The notes beneath the pieces were generated by a model. It was not told the DNA's origin. It worked only from the letters and a program-made list of their open reading frames with translations, and did not search any database. From assembly GCF_009914755.1 (NCBI RefSeq), contig NC_060927.1: 64,000 nucleotides of DNA. The stretch is one strand, 5' to 3'. Positions 1 to 14,650 of the stretch are shown here, piece after piece (position 1 is the first letter of the stretch; every line of letters starts with the position of its first letter). The DNA is from the human T2T-CHM13v2.0 reference genome, Homo sapiens. Both the position numbers and the translations under genes were made by a program.

Positions 1-484
1 CCATTGTAGAAAAGTATGTGAGTATAAACTGCTGCATAAATGGGCAGAATCAAGTGGGCAGGGCCAACAGCCCCAGGCAAGGTGCAAGGCCAGCAATGGA
101 CGGTGGAGTATATGGGCACAACTACTGGCCTTGGAGATCCTTTATCATCTGAGAAATTGCTTGGGAGATTATCCCTGAGCTAGTGGTGAAAATCATGATG
201 AGTGCAGTGGCTACAAGGATGCCGAAGATCAGGACATAGATGTTCAGGCACTTTGCAGTGGAAGCATGGTAGGGCCCCAGTCAGGTTGCCAACCATCTTC
301 CTGTCCCTAGATTTCACAGAGTAGGCCAGTGCTATGAAGCTCAGGCAGCATCAGTTCAACGAAGAGCGAATTGAACAGGGACCAGACAACAAGGTCAGAC
401 ATGGTGGTATCACTGTGGTTGTGGATCACGGTGGATGTGGAGGAGAGCTATGGGGCACTCTCAGCAGGGCCACTTTGTTCTCCC
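1..484 (-). pseudogene. IFITM1: Processed pseudogene of the IFITM1/2/3 interferon-induced transmembrane family (IFITM1-type C-terminus and 3' UTR); 5'-truncated; 3' UTR runs off the window edge
   Basis: Minus-strand translation across 3 frameshifts gives [114 protein letters not shown] (stop at 122-124), the CD225 domain. The in-frame TGA at 351-353 replaces the Trp of LNWCC. There is no intron at the VK/SR junction (312/311). Bases 1-121 resemble the IFITM 3' UTR (ctggggctgttg..cagcagtttatac). The symbol is the parent type, not the locus name. Confidence 0.93.
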
Positions 485-649
485 CAAAAGGAGTAAGTTT
501 TAATTTTAAGTTTGAAACAGTGAAAATAGAAAATATTCAGAAAAACCTGAAATTACTGAGATTACTGACAGCCTGAACTGTGGTCGTTGGTATTCCAGTC
601 ACCATTCTAATAAGCTGAAGTCCATCCAGAATGTACAGGATATGCTTAG

Positions 650-1700
<1,051 letters not shown>

Positions 1701-1989
1701 AGAAAATTTATTTTTATATTTTCTCAGAGGAGTAGTAAAGAAGTAAATGTTGCTTTAAAAAAGTAAATGGCTTATTTGATTTTTGAGTCAAATTTATAAC
1801 GAACATGTTGATTTTGAAAGCTTTCTTTACTGTATAGATGTATACTGCCTTAGCCAAGAGTAGCTGCTGGTCAGAATTTTCTATCTCAAGGTTGAATTTT
1901 TATTTTTCTTTGTGGAAAAAAAAAAAGGTATGTCTCCTATTGGGTCTTTGAAGAACCCCGACTAATACAGAACTATTAAAACTTTTTGA

Positions 1990-2140
1990 GGCAGGTGCAG
2001 TGGCTCACACCTATAATTGCAGCACTTTGGAAGGGTGAAGTGGGAGGATCACTTTGAGTCCTTCCACTTCAGGATTACAGGAGTTCAAGACCAGCCTAGG
2101 CAACATAGTGAGATCCCATCTCTACAAAAAAGAAAAAAAT
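1990..2140 (+). mobile_element. FLAM-like Alu monomer with a short internal insertion
   Basis: gcagtggctcacacctataat...ggagttcaagaccagcctaggcaacatagtgagatccc followed by an A tail. Confidence 0.88.
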
Positions 2141-2354
2141 TCTTTTTGAAAAAACTAGAATTATGGCCAAAAGAAGGCCAGTGATGAGACCCCCTACAAA
2201 AGTTCAATGCAATTGTCTAGACAAAGAATAATGACAGCCTCCACAAAGATAAATGGGTACCTATACTGCTTTCCACCTGATCCACACAAAGCACCAGTCA
2301 TAAAAGGGAAAGTATATACTGAATACTAAACAGTCAACATATGCAAACTTTTGT

Positions 2355-2590
2355 ATTTTTATTAAGCAGACTCTTAGCATTTACTAAGAGCTGGGTACTG
2401 TACAATATAGGCTCATTTAATCCTCATAATAAACTTACGAGGTAGATACTATGAATATTCCCAATGGACAGATGGGGATATAGAGGCAAAGGGAGACTAG
2501 GTAACTTCCCCATGTTCACCCTGCTATTGAATGTCAAAGCCAAAATTTGAGTCCAAGTAATCCTGCCCCAAATCCCTTGTCTTAGCTATG
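2355..2590 (-). mobile_element. MIR
   Basis: Core ctcatttaatcctcataat...acagatggggatatagaggc...gtaacttcccc. Confidence 0.8.
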
Positions 2591-3081
2591 CTCATTTAGG
2601 GGAGGAAACTACACAGTTTGGGTGGTGATACTCAAGATATACAGTTTAAGTCATCATTTGGAGATAAAAAATATAAACAGGTGAGGAGAGATGTATTTTC
2701 TAGTCCCGAATCATTCAGAGCTCCTAGATGCATTTGTGCAACAGAATTTGATATGTGTATTAAAAAAATTGCTAAGCACAGCAAACCATCCGTGAAGCAG
2801 TTTTATTAGCTCCACCTTGGTTGATGCCTAGGCCAAAATAAATAAATAAATAAGGACCTGTACTTATGAAGGCAAACTTTAGTTAAATATATGCAGAATA
2901 TCTGTAGAAATCTATACTGCAGTTGGAAAATATAAATACATTTATCACATTTTGCATTGGCATTCTGGGAGAGGTGAAGTGAAAGACACTTCAGTTTTCT
3001 ATTTATATTTGTGGCCCCAACGAAAATGTTGCGGTTTCCAGACAACTGAAATCAGTTCAGTTAATGAAAGATCACACAGCT

Positions 3082-3217
3082 GGCCAGGCCCACTGGCTCA
3101 CACCTGTAATTCCAGGACTTTGGGAGGCCAAGGTAGGAGGTTAGCTTGAGGCCAGGAGTTCGTAGACCATCCTGGGCAACAAAGTGAGACCCTGTCTCTA
3201 AAAGTAAAATAGAAAAA
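3082..3217 (+). mobile_element. FLAM_C-like Alu monomer
   Basis: Monomer with a perfect 16-bp TSD gaaagatcacacagct (3066-3081 and 3218-3233). Confidence 0.92.
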
Positions 3218-3449
3218 GAAAGATCACACAGCTAAAAAATATTGATGAGTGACAGAGGGAAATTCACAATTGTAAACACTAGTGAAGCTGAAAATCTGTT
3301 AGGAAAAACCATTAGATTCGTTTTTTAAAGAAACAGCAACTAATGCCAAATAGATTATCATCTTCCTAAGTTATAAGAGAGAGATAACTATAACTAATTT
3401 AAATAATTAATTTAAGGAACATTCCAGAAGTTATTTGATAATCGTATTT

Positions 3450-3600
3450 AGTCTGCTTCTTGGAATTTTGTAAGCATTTTACATATGTGTATTTTGTCAT
3501 TTAATTCCTATGACAACCCTATGAGTTTCAATTATTATCATCATCCTTCTGTAGATGAATAAATTGAAGCACAGAGAATAAAAGCCATGTAATTAATTAG
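3450..3600 (-). mobile_element. MIR fragment
   Basis: catttaattcctatgacaaccctatgag...tgtagatgaataaattgaagcacagag. Confidence 0.75.
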
Positions 3601-3624
3601 CTTAGGGAAAGGAGTTTCAAAACT

Positions 3625-4017
3625 GTCAGTCCTTCGACTGTGCCCCTACCTACAGACCATTCTATACACTCAATTCCTGCATTTCTCTTTTTGATGGTTT
3701 TCTCCGGCAATGAAATTATGGCTGGGGAGTTAAGACCCGAGGGGCGACCCTCAACAGAAAGGGGGTGTAGGAATTGAACTATAAGTTCTCCAGCTTACTT
3801 GCCTCTCTGTGAGACACTTCTAAGTATTCTACACTGCTCCAGAGGGCTTAAGTCCCAGTTGCCTCCTACAGTAACTCATTCATTAACACCACCTTTCTTG
3901 TCTATCCTTCCTTGCAAGTCTCATTTCCCCACTCTCTCACCACCTGTCCAGAGATTATCTCCTGAATCAAGTACTTGCACCCGAATCCTTACTTCTGGAA
4001 GAACCCAGGCTAAGACA
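3625..4017 (+). mobile_element. ERVL LTR16-family LTR
   Basis: Typical 3' end tacttgcacccgaatcctt...gaacccaggctaagaca. Confidence 0.65.
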
Positions 4018-4650
4018 AAATCCAATCAAGTCTGACCCCAGCACCCAGCCTCTGGATATCTATGCTCTCTAAGAGCTGTTGTCACCATGGTCCCTCTGGG
4101 GAGGTATACACTTATTTTACTGCCTCAGGAAAAAACTTGACATTTGAAATTTGCCACTGAGACTATACTTTATCTTGTACCACTAGGGCCCTAAAAACTT
4201 GTATCCAGGAAAAGGAGATACAGCCTGGTACCCAAGACCCTTTCACAGGCTGGGCTAGTGCCTGCTTCTAGGCTACCCTGGTATGTATCTCTATCCTCTC
4301 AACCATAGTTGCTGCTCTGCCTCGGCCTCAGCTATTTGTTCCTGCTGGGTCCTCCTGGGGTCTACTGTGGCTCTATGAAGACCAGCCTTGGTGGCCCTCG
4401 GCTGCCAAAGACCCAGCTCCAGAACAGGCCTGCTTCTCCCACTTCTCTCTCCCTGCACCATCTACACCTGCACCTTCTCAGGTGCAGTTGCTGCCACTGC
4501 ATTGTTCATGCTAAGGAAACTTCAGTTCTGCCCACTATTGCTTTTGTATCATCAGGGCAAATGTCAACACAATGCAAATGGCAGATAATGTCTTAGTATT
4601 ATTATGAAAATAATTTTGACTCATGTTGAAAACCACTGTACTGGAACATC

Positions 4651-5110
4651 TGTAGTGGGTTGAATTATGGCCTCCCAAAAAGTATGTCTGTATCCTAGCC
4701 CCCAGAACCTGTGAATGTGACGTTACAGTATTTGGAAAAAGATCTTTGCAGATGTAATTAAGTCAAGGATCTCAGGGTGACATCTTCCTGGATTAGGGAT
4801 GACGTCCTTAGACCTCAAAGGTCTTAGAAGAGAAGGGGAGTAGATAGACACAGAGGGAAAAAAGCCACGTGAAGACAGAAGCAGAGATTGGTGATATGTC
4901 TACAAGCTAAAGAACACCAAGAATTGCTGGCAACCAGAAGCCAAGAGAGAGGCATGGAAGGGATTGTCCCTCAGAGCCTCCAGAAGGAAAAAACCAACCC
5001 TGCTGCCCCTTGATTTTGGACTTCTGGCCTCCAGAGCTGTGAGAGAATAGATTTCTGTTGTAAGCCAAGTTCATAGCAATTAGTTATGGCAGTCCTAGGA
5101 AACTAATACT
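4651..5110 (+). mobile_element. MaLR LTR (MLT1C-like)
   Basis: tgtagtgggttgaattatggcctcccaaaa...ctttgcagatgtaattaag...ggcagtcctaggaaactaatac. Confidence 0.9.
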
Positions 5111-5292
5111 CCATCCAGCATGGTGCTTTCTCCTTTGACCACATCTCATGTCCCTGATTTCTGATTCCTTTTACTGCATCTACCCATGAGCCAAAAAATA
5201 CAGCAAAACTTTTTCCCTCCAAAATAACAGTAAATAAGATAACCTACAGATAGTCACAGAAGTCCTTGTTTTCAATCATACTACATGTAAGC

Positions 5293-5713
5293 CGTATTAG
5301 TCCATTCTTTCATTGCTATAAAGAATTACCTGAGACTGGATAATTTATAAAGAAAAGAGGTTTATTTGTCCCATGATTCCATAGGCTGTACAGGAAGCAT
5401 GATGCTGGCATCTGCTTGGCTTCTGGGGAGGCCTCAGGAAACTTACAATCATGATGGAAAGAGAAAGGGGAGCAGTACCTCACATGGCCAGAGAGGGAGC
5501 AAGAGAGAGAGAGAGGGGAGGTGCTACACACTTTTATAAAAACCGGATCTCATGAGAACTCACAATCTCAAGGACAGCATCAAAGGGATGGTGCTAAACC
5601 ATTTATGAGAAACATGCCCCCATGATCCAATCACCTCCCACCAGACCCCACTTCCAACATTGGCGATTACAATTCTACACGAGATTTGGGTGGAGACACA
5701 GATCCAAATCACA
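5293..5713 (-). mobile_element. MaLR solo LTR (MSTA/MSTB-like)
   Basis: gtattagtcc...tacctgagactggataatttataaagaaaagagg...gagatttgggtggagacaca; 5-bp TSD taagc (5288-5292 and 5714-5718). Confidence 0.92.
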
Positions 5714-6074
5714 TAAGCCCTTGTAGAAAGATGTTATTTTAGGCCAGTTGGCATATAGCACTGAAATATTCAATTAAAATATAGATACACAGATGTCAAT
5801 TTAGGTACCATCTTAGTAGGACCAACTCTTATGGGCAACCTCTCAGAGCATCAGCATATTTTATTATAATTATCTGACCCCCTACTCCACTGCCAGTGAT
5901 TCTAGGGCAGGGTGTACCTAATTCATCTTTTTATCTTTAGAGCAGAGCACAGGGCTTTGTGTAAAGTGGATTTTCCATAAATTAGTTTAGGAAAGAGGCC
6001 AGAGGTCATATGATGCTTGCAGACCAAATGTAGCACACAAACATATATTATTGGGCTCATACAGTGTCATTGTT

Positions 6075-6265
6075 TCTTTTTGTTTGTTTTGTTGTGTTTT
6101 TTTCTTTTCTTTCTTTTCTTTTTTTTTTTTTTTTTTTTGTATTTTTAGTAGAGTCGAGGTTTAACCGTGTTGGCCAGGCTGGTCTCAAACTCCTGACCTC
6201 ATGATTCGCCCACCTCGGCCTCCCAGAGTGCTGGGATTACAGGCGTGAGCCACAGCGCCTGGGCC
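6075..6265 (-). mobile_element. Alu left arm only
   Basis: Left monomer plus T-tract, flanked by the direct repeat tgtcattgttt. Confidence 0.9.
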
Positions 6266-6296
6266 ATGTCATTGTTTTTTAAAATTGAAGTTAGTT

Positions 6297-6643
<347 letters not shown>

Positions 6644-7182
6644 TTAAAATGCCGTGGAGCCCACATAGAAATTTGGAATACTACTTTCTTTTGGGAAATG
6701 GGAAAGTCTTGCAATATTAAGCCCACTTTCCCGAAAGGCAACACTTAGCTTGAGTTGAGCAGTGGTTTCACCCTCCAGAAGCGGCCTTGACCTTCCAATG
6801 CCTTTCAGTTTTCTCGCGCCTACCCTCTCATTGATGTTTCCAACCTGAGTCCAAACATGAGCTGCCACATTTACTTGACACCCCGGTTTGGGGAACAATA
6901 TCATGGTATTCACAAGTCAGAGAAGCTTTAGTATCCTGTATTTCCTTACCATAGCATTTAGCATTCAGGCTAAGTGCACGAAGGCTGACTTTTCTTTTAG
7001 TTGTTTTGTGTGTGTGTGTATCTGAAGTAATTGATAGTGAAATCATTCTATCCTCTTTGGACTTTACTTTCCTAATATCTTAGTCAGATCTTTGATAGTC
7101 AGTGAGACTCTCACTCCAAGAGTAGAAGTACAACCTTTCTCTTTTAAAGTATTGCAAAAGCCTCCTCAAAAAATGATTCCCT

Positions 7183-7535
7183 GTTGTTCTGAAGTCACGT
7201 TTGCATCCTCCCAAAATTCATATGCCAAAGTCCCAACCACCAATGTGATAGTATTAGGATATAGGGCCTTTAGGAGGTAATTAGGTTTAGATGAGGTCAT
7301 GAAGATGGGGTCCTCCTGATAGAATTAGTGTGGGGTTAAAAGAGAAGACCAGAGAGTGTTCTCCCATCCCCACCCCATGTGAGAACACAGCAAGAAGACT
7401 GCCATCTGCCAGAAGAGGACCCACACAGAACCCAACCATGCTGGCACTCTAATGCTGGACAATAGAAATAAATGTCTATTGTTTAAGCCACCCAGCCTAT
7501 AGCATTTTGTTATAGCAGCCCAAGCTGACTAAAAC
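7183..7535 (+). mobile_element. MaLR LTR (MLT1A-like)
   Basis: cccaaaattcatatg...gcctttaggaggtaattaggtttagatgaggtcatg...ttgttatagcagcccaagctgactaa. Confidence 0.88.
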
Positions 7536-9049
7536 CCCCGGCTTCCCTTTGACTTTTTCTGCACTTTGCAACCGATGATCTTTCCCAGATAGATTTAATA
7601 CTGTTCCTTTACTGAAAAACCTTCAGTAACCTCCCATTGCTGAAAGACAGATTACAAATTTCTGGCCTAGCTCCTATGATTTCTCCAGGCTTTGTATACC
7701 TTACATCCCCAGTCACAAGAAACTAGTTGCTGTTTCTTGAAAAACCCAAAGCCTTTCTTATGTCCCTGGAATACATACAGTGACTCCCTGGTCTCAGGAA
7801 TTGCCTGCACCATTCTAAAAGTTTTCAGGTCGTGAATAGCTTACTTTTCCTTAATACCAAAGCCTACTTGTTAAGTCTTTAAAAAGAAGGATGGAGTAGA
7901 AGAGATTTAATGTGCTGTTAAAAAGAAAAGTTCACCCAGCCAATTTTTCCAAGTCCATAGAATACCTTGGATTTGAACCAAAGTGAGTGGGTGAACAGCT
8001 TCTCAGCTATGACACATAGGGAATTTAATGAACCCATTTTTCAGACTCTCTGTTTTAATACTAAGATTTTCCAAGAAGCCTCAGACACAGTCAGTAACTC
8101 TGTTCCTGCCATTGCAAATTGCTATTGGGAACAATAATATATAGCAGAAGACCAGACTAAGACTCACAATGTCTGGGCTCTGGTTCTGCCTTTGCCTCTT
8201 CCTCGTTTTGCATTTTCACGTGACTCACATAACTTCTCCCATATTTTGATTGTATATTGTTTTATAAAAGCCCCTTATAAAGAAATTTTAAAGTGCTGTT
8301 AGCTTCCTTAGAGTAATCCAGTTATCGGAAGGATCTAGATAAGATTGGGCTTTTGTACGCTACAATGTTCATATTCTAGACCTTAGGGAAAGGGAAACCC
8401 AGTGTCCCTGCCAAGATGTGTGGCTCTTCTCTGTGGAGTCATGGTCTCATGGTTCTTCTGGTTCTGGCTGCCTCCACTGACTTCTTGCTTTCCATTCTGC
8501 AACTTCATCTCTACCCTGTCTGCAATCCATTCCTTAGTTTTAATACTAAACAAAAAATTTCCTATTTACCCGAGGTTTTGAGTTGGTGGCAGTCTACGAT
8601 CAATGTTTAGGGAGGTGGAGCCACATAGTCATCTTAAGATCAAACATCAGATATTCTTCTTAGTAGTCTTTTGGCTACATCCTTTGTTTCTGTACTCACT
8701 TCTCTCTTCCCTGTGCTTGCCTTTCAGAGTTAAAAAATATATGTAAAAAAAATTCTTTCTATGTCCTTCTATAGAGCAGCTTAACCTTCTTAAGCTCCTG
8801 CTTCCCAAAGCCCCTCTAAGCCTTCATCCAGAACTTTTATGATTTCCTTTTTTTCAGACATAAATCTTTGGATTATCTGATATTTGGTTTTCTTTAAGGA
8901 TAACTTTTTAATGTTTTATTGTTTTGTAGAAACCAACACAAAGAGATAGGATATAAATTAGCAAACAGACCAAAAAAAGAAATGAATTAACTGACTGAAA
9001 AACAAAGATCAACAGGAGCATCTTCCTCAGAATGAAGCCCACAAAACTG

Positions 9050-9479
9050 TGTCACCAGGTGCAGTGAACATACTGGTACCCCGTTCAGATCCCCTCAGAA
9101 TCTCCTCAGGCTATACTGCAACCTTCTTTGAAGGATGGCCCCTGGGCTATTGGAGCCACCTCCAGTTAGAAGGTTGGAGATGCCTGGGAGTTCACATCCC
9201 CCAAAATAGCTGGTAGCCAGCCACTGACTAGCATACAAAAGCCCAGCTCCCTAGCCTCAAGACAGGATGAACTCACAGATGTATCTTATGCTACACAGCT
9301 CTCCACAGGATCAGAGTGAGTCCAGGAAGTCATCTAAACCTGTACCCTGCTTGTCTGCATCCCCTTTCCTATCCTGCTTCCTTCACTCCCTTGCTAGTTT
9401 GACCTAGGTGCAATTTCTTAATAAATCACTTCCACCTGAAACTTTGGCTCAGAGTCCTGGGAGAAGTCAGTCGAAGACA
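9050..9479 (+). mobile_element. ERVL LTR16A-like LTR
   Basis: ggatggcccctgggctattggagcc...aaaagcccagctccctagcctcaag...ttcttaataaatcactt...aagaca. Confidence 0.75.
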
Positions 9480-10704
9480 CTAGGTATTCCATTTTGGTGG
9501 ACAGACAACGTGGGAATTCATCCTTTCATACATGTACATTGAATACCTCTTATACATACTGAGTACTATTAAAACACCTTCATGTTTATATGTATGATAC
9601 AGTTCATACTTGCATGAAAAGTACAAATTTATTAATAAGATGTGGAGACTCACAGTATGATTTGAGACCACATATCACTTATTCATGCAGAAAATATTAA
9701 ATATCCCCTAAATACACATGGTGGGTTCCCAAAGAGATGGGGAAGAAGTGCCCATAGCTTCATGATCAGGAAAGTCTTGGAGTGGGTCTTATGTTCTGGG
9801 TTTTAGAAGGCAGATAACATTTCCAAACAAAAAGTTGGAAGTGGAGGGTATGTTAACTGAGGGAAATAGTATGGGTAGTTGGACATGTAAGGTTGAGAAC
9901 ACAAAGAAAGCCATAGTGGCAAACGGGTTCCTGAGAGGATCCCCTGTCTTCTGAAAGACTGAATCTCTGCTATATAACTTCAACCTTTACTCACCCACCC
10001 ATATCTCATGGTCATATAATATGATTCGGATCAGTGGGTCATTCTGCTCTTGCATAATGGACACACATCTTAGGGGACATGTTCAGGTATACAGAAAACA
10101 TTACATATTTTTTCCTGTATAATTGTTCTTGTAAACCTCCATTCCACTGGGGTGGTAGAAATGTAATCTTCATTAAATTGTGTGTCCCTCTAGCTACACC
10201 TTCTTTCTCAAGTTGCATCATCTAAGTTCCAGGAGCCTTTGGGGGAATTTAGTAGGGCCCTGATAACCTTCAACTCAGCATCTGATACCTAGGTTATCAG
10301 GCATAGGCAAATCGCTGCTGAGTTGACCCTAATTCCTATACTCAAGCTGCCTTCAGGTCCCACTGCTATTCCCATGCTACACTATAGCATGATACACTCT
10401 AGCACTCTGGGAGTTGGCTTTCATGTTCTCCCAGAGTGGGTAAGAGGCAAGGTCTCATTTTTCCTTAAACTCCCATCATTTCCCTTTCCCCTCTTCTTTT
10501 CCCTGTACTCATAAAATAATATTTAGTGACAAGGCAGGAGTTGGTGCAAATATTATTCAGTTTTTTTCCCTCCCAAACATTGTTTATTCATTGAGCACTT
10601 TCCATCCTTAAGGGTTTTGAAACTCTGAAGTGAGAAAGAGACATCCTGTTCTCTTTCTGCTCTCATAGCTTGAAATGGAGGGTGGAAGAAAACATAAAAA
10701 ATAA

Positions 10705-10872
10705 CAGGGCAGGGAATAGAGTGAGGCATCTGAGGTACCTACAGCACAAAATGTAAGGACATACTCACTCTCAGGATCATATAAATGCTCACTCTACAGA
10801 ACTCTGAGAATGAGAGCCTCCTAAATTTTGTGCCCTAAACACATCACTTGCCTCACCCTAATCCCAGACTTG
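10705..10872. mobile_element. MER91A-like palindromic hAT MITE
   Basis: Arms gtgaggca..cacaaaat.taagga..actcactctcag and ctgagaatgagagcctcctaaattttgtg...tgcctcac are inverted repeats. Confidence 0.75.
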
Positions 10873-11774
10873 GAAAGAAATACCAATCATTACCAAAAAA
10901 GCAGTTAAGAATAAAAATTTTAGCCTGACATAGATAAAATAAATGTCAACAGTGGCTCTCTCTTCATAGTGGATGATTGATGATATCTATGTTCTTTATT
11001 CTATTGAATATTTTTAATAATTTTCTCCAATAAACATGTAATAATTCTATAATTAAAAATAAAACTACATAAAATAAAATTACTGTAAAATATTGACAAT
11101 TAGGAAAGCTAGGTGAGGTATGTATGGGGGTTCTTTGTACTATTCTTACAGTTTTTCTGTGAGCTTGAGATTATTTCAAATTAAAAATTTGTTTAAGTCA
11201 TGAAAAATCAAAAGCTTTATTCAAAATTTTAAAAATATATATTAAAATAGTTAAAACCCCCCTGGTCCAAAGTATGTTGGAGACCGTCCCAAAATATTTG
11301 TAAGTCTTGGAGGTCAACATAGTTTCTCCAACTTTGCCTATATGGGCTACTTGGTGGCTGTTTGGATCACCAAATTTAGGAAACTTTAAAAAAAGATTCA
11401 TTTACATTTTTATAGTGAATAAAGGTTAGTGTGTGTGAAACAGATGATGTTACTTGAAGACTTTCGAAAAGAATTTCTATACAGCTTGAGCTGTAGGTCA
11501 AGCTCTACATCCAGTGGAGTTTTTATTTTTATTTTTTGGTTTATTTTCTAATGTTATACCTGCTAAAGTAGTTGACCTTAAGCTCCACTCCAGATCATTT
11601 GGACTGGCAGCATGTTTTGGTTATCACTGTTAGCTACTCCTCAATATATGATCAAGTGTAAGCCCTGAAATCACTAAGCAATTTCTCACTGATGCCATTT
11701 TCAACACTACATGAACATATGCCCCATACTAGAAAGGTAAATATTTCAACTTGGAATAGAGAAAAAATGGATTC

Positions 11775-12046
<272 letters not shown>

Positions 12047-13677
12047 TAGTATTAACTGCTGTCACTATGCTGTACAATAGATATCCAGAACTTATGCATC
12101 TTGTCTAGCTGAAACTTTATACTCTGTGACCAACCGGGGCTGGGTTGGAGGGATGTGGGTTTTAAATGTATGGGTAAAATATGGGATATGGGTAAAAAAA
12201 GAATACACTTTATGCTTTGGAGAAGTTTTAGGTTTACAACAAAATTAAACAAAAACTGCAGAAAATTCCCAGATACTTTCTACCACACATATGCACAGCC
12301 TCTCCAACTATCAACATCTTCCAGAGAATGGTAGACTTGTTACAATCAATGTACCTACATTGACAACTCTGTGTCACCCGTAGTCCATAGTTTACCTTAA
12401 GTTTCACTCTTATGTTGTACATTCAGTGGGTTTTGACACGTCTATACTGGCATGTATCCACTATTATATGAAATGGCTATGTAACTATTCTGAATGGTAT
12501 TATAATAGTGAGAATAGATCCTCTGTGCTTCACTTATTTGTCACTCCTTCACATTAACCTCTGGCAACCACTGATCCTTTTATTGTCTTCATAGTTTTGC
12601 CTTTTCCAGGATGTCACATAGTTGGAATCAGGCAGTATGTAGCCTTTTCAGATTAGCTTCTTTCACTTAGTAATATGTACCTAAGTTTCCCCCCTGTCTT
12701 TTTATGGCTCAGTAGCTCATTCTTTTTAGTGCTGAATATGATTCCATCGTTGGATGTACTACAGTTTATCCATTCATCTACTGAAGGACATCTTGGTAGC
12801 TGCCAAGTTTTTGGCAATTATGAATTAAGTTGCTTTAAACATGAGTGTACGGGTTTTGTGTGGACATAAGTTTTCAGCTCCTTTGGGTAAATACCAAGGA
12901 GTATGTTTAATTTTCTAAGAAACTGCCAAACTGTCTTCCAAAGTGGCTATCTCATTTTGCAATAAATGAGAGTTCACATCCTTGCCAGCATTTGGTATTG
13001 TCAGTGTTTTGAGTTTTGGCTGTTCTAATAGATGTGTAGAGGTATCTCATTGTTGTTTTAATTTGCATTTCCCTAATGATATGTGATGTGGAACATCTCT
13101 TAACATGCTTATTTCCCATTTGTGTATCTTCCTTGAAAAGGTATCTGTTCAGAGTATTTGCCAATCTCCCTTCCAACTTAATTGAGACAAATTAATGACA
13201 AATTAAACTTAATGACAAATTAAAAATTATATATTTTAAAAGTGTACAATGTACTATTTTGGTATATGTATACACTGTAAAGTGATTACCACTATCAAGC
13301 TAATTAACATATCCATTACCTCATATGGTTACCTTTTTTTGGTGAGAATATTTAAGTTCTACTTTCTTAGTGAATTCCAAGTATATGATATGTTATTGTT
13401 AACTATAGTCACTATGCTATACATTAGATCTCCAGAACTTATTTCTTCTGCATAACTGAATCTTTGTATCCTTTGACCAACATTTCCCCATTTCCTCTGT
13501 CCTATATCCCGTGGCAAACACCATTCATTCTACCTTCTGCTTCTATGAGTTCGACTTGTTTAGATTCTACATAAAAGAGTTATCATGCAGTATTCATCTT
13601 TCTGTGCCTGGCTTATTTAACTTAGCATCATGTCCTCCAAATTCACCTATGTTGTTGCAAATGACAGGATTTCCTAC

Positions 13678-13977
13678 TTTTTTTTTTTTTTTTTTTTGAG
13701 ACGGAGTCTCTGTCGCCCAGGCTGGAGGGCAGTGGCGCAATCTCGGCTCACTGGAAGCTCACCTCCTGGGTTCACGCCATTCTCCTGCCTCAGCCTCCGG
13801 AGTAGCTGGGACTACAGGCGCCTGCTACCACGCCCGGCTAATTTTTTCTGTATTTTTTTAGTAGAGACGGGGTTTCACAGTGTTAGCCAGGATGGTCTCC
13901 ATCTCCCGACCTCGTGATCCGCCCACCTTGGCCTCCCAAAATGCTGGGATTACAGGCGTGAGCCACCGCGACCGGCT
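13678..13977 (-). mobile_element. AluY-like
   Basis: ggttcacgccattctcc and gttagccaggatggtctc diagnostics; TSD gatttcctactttt. Confidence 0.97.
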
Positions 13978-14028
13978 GATTTCCTACTTTTTAAAGGTAG
14001 AATAATATTCCATTGTGTATATGTGTAA

Positions 14029-14031
<3 letters not shown>

Positions 14032-14069
<38 letters not shown>
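14032..14069. repeat. (TG)n microsatellite
   Basis: About 19 uninterrupted TG units. Confidence 0.98.
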
Positions 14070-14072
<3 letters not shown>

Positions 14073-14344
14073 CAATGCATCTGGGAATGTAGATATCTTT
14101 TCAAGATACTGATTTTATGTCTTTTGGATGTGTTTCCAGAAATGGAATTGCTGGATCATAGAGTAGTACTAGTTTTAATTATTTGAGGAAGCTCTATATG
14201 GTTTTCCATAGTGGCTGTGCCAATTTACATTCCCACCAACCGTATACAAGAATTTCAATTTCTGTATATGCTTGCCAACATTTGCTATCTTTTGATGTTT
14301 TGATAATAGCCATTCTAAGGTATAAGGTAATATCTCATTTCAGT

Positions 14345-14650
14345 TTTGCTTTATTTTCTTTATTTTTTTGAGATGGAGTCTCACTCTGTCACCCAGGCTG
14401 GAGTGCAGTGGCACGATTATGGTTCAGTGCAACCTCCATCTCCCTGGTTCAAGCAATTCTTCTGCCTCAGGCTCCTGAGTAACTGGGATTACAAGCATGC
14501 ACCACCACTCCCGGCTAATTTTTGTATTTTTAGTAGAGACAGGGTTCCACCATATTGGCCAGGCTAGTCTCAAATTCCTGACCTCAGGTGATCCGCCCAC
14601 CTCAGCCACCCAAAGCGCTGGGATTATAGGTGTGAGCCACTGTGCCTGCC
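14345..14650 (-). mobile_element. Alu (AluS-like)
   Basis: Full dimer, reverse orientation. Confidence 0.96.

Noticed and set aside
334-576. 80-aa plus-strand ORF
   Set aside because: Antisense reading of the IFITM pseudogene with no independent coding evidence.
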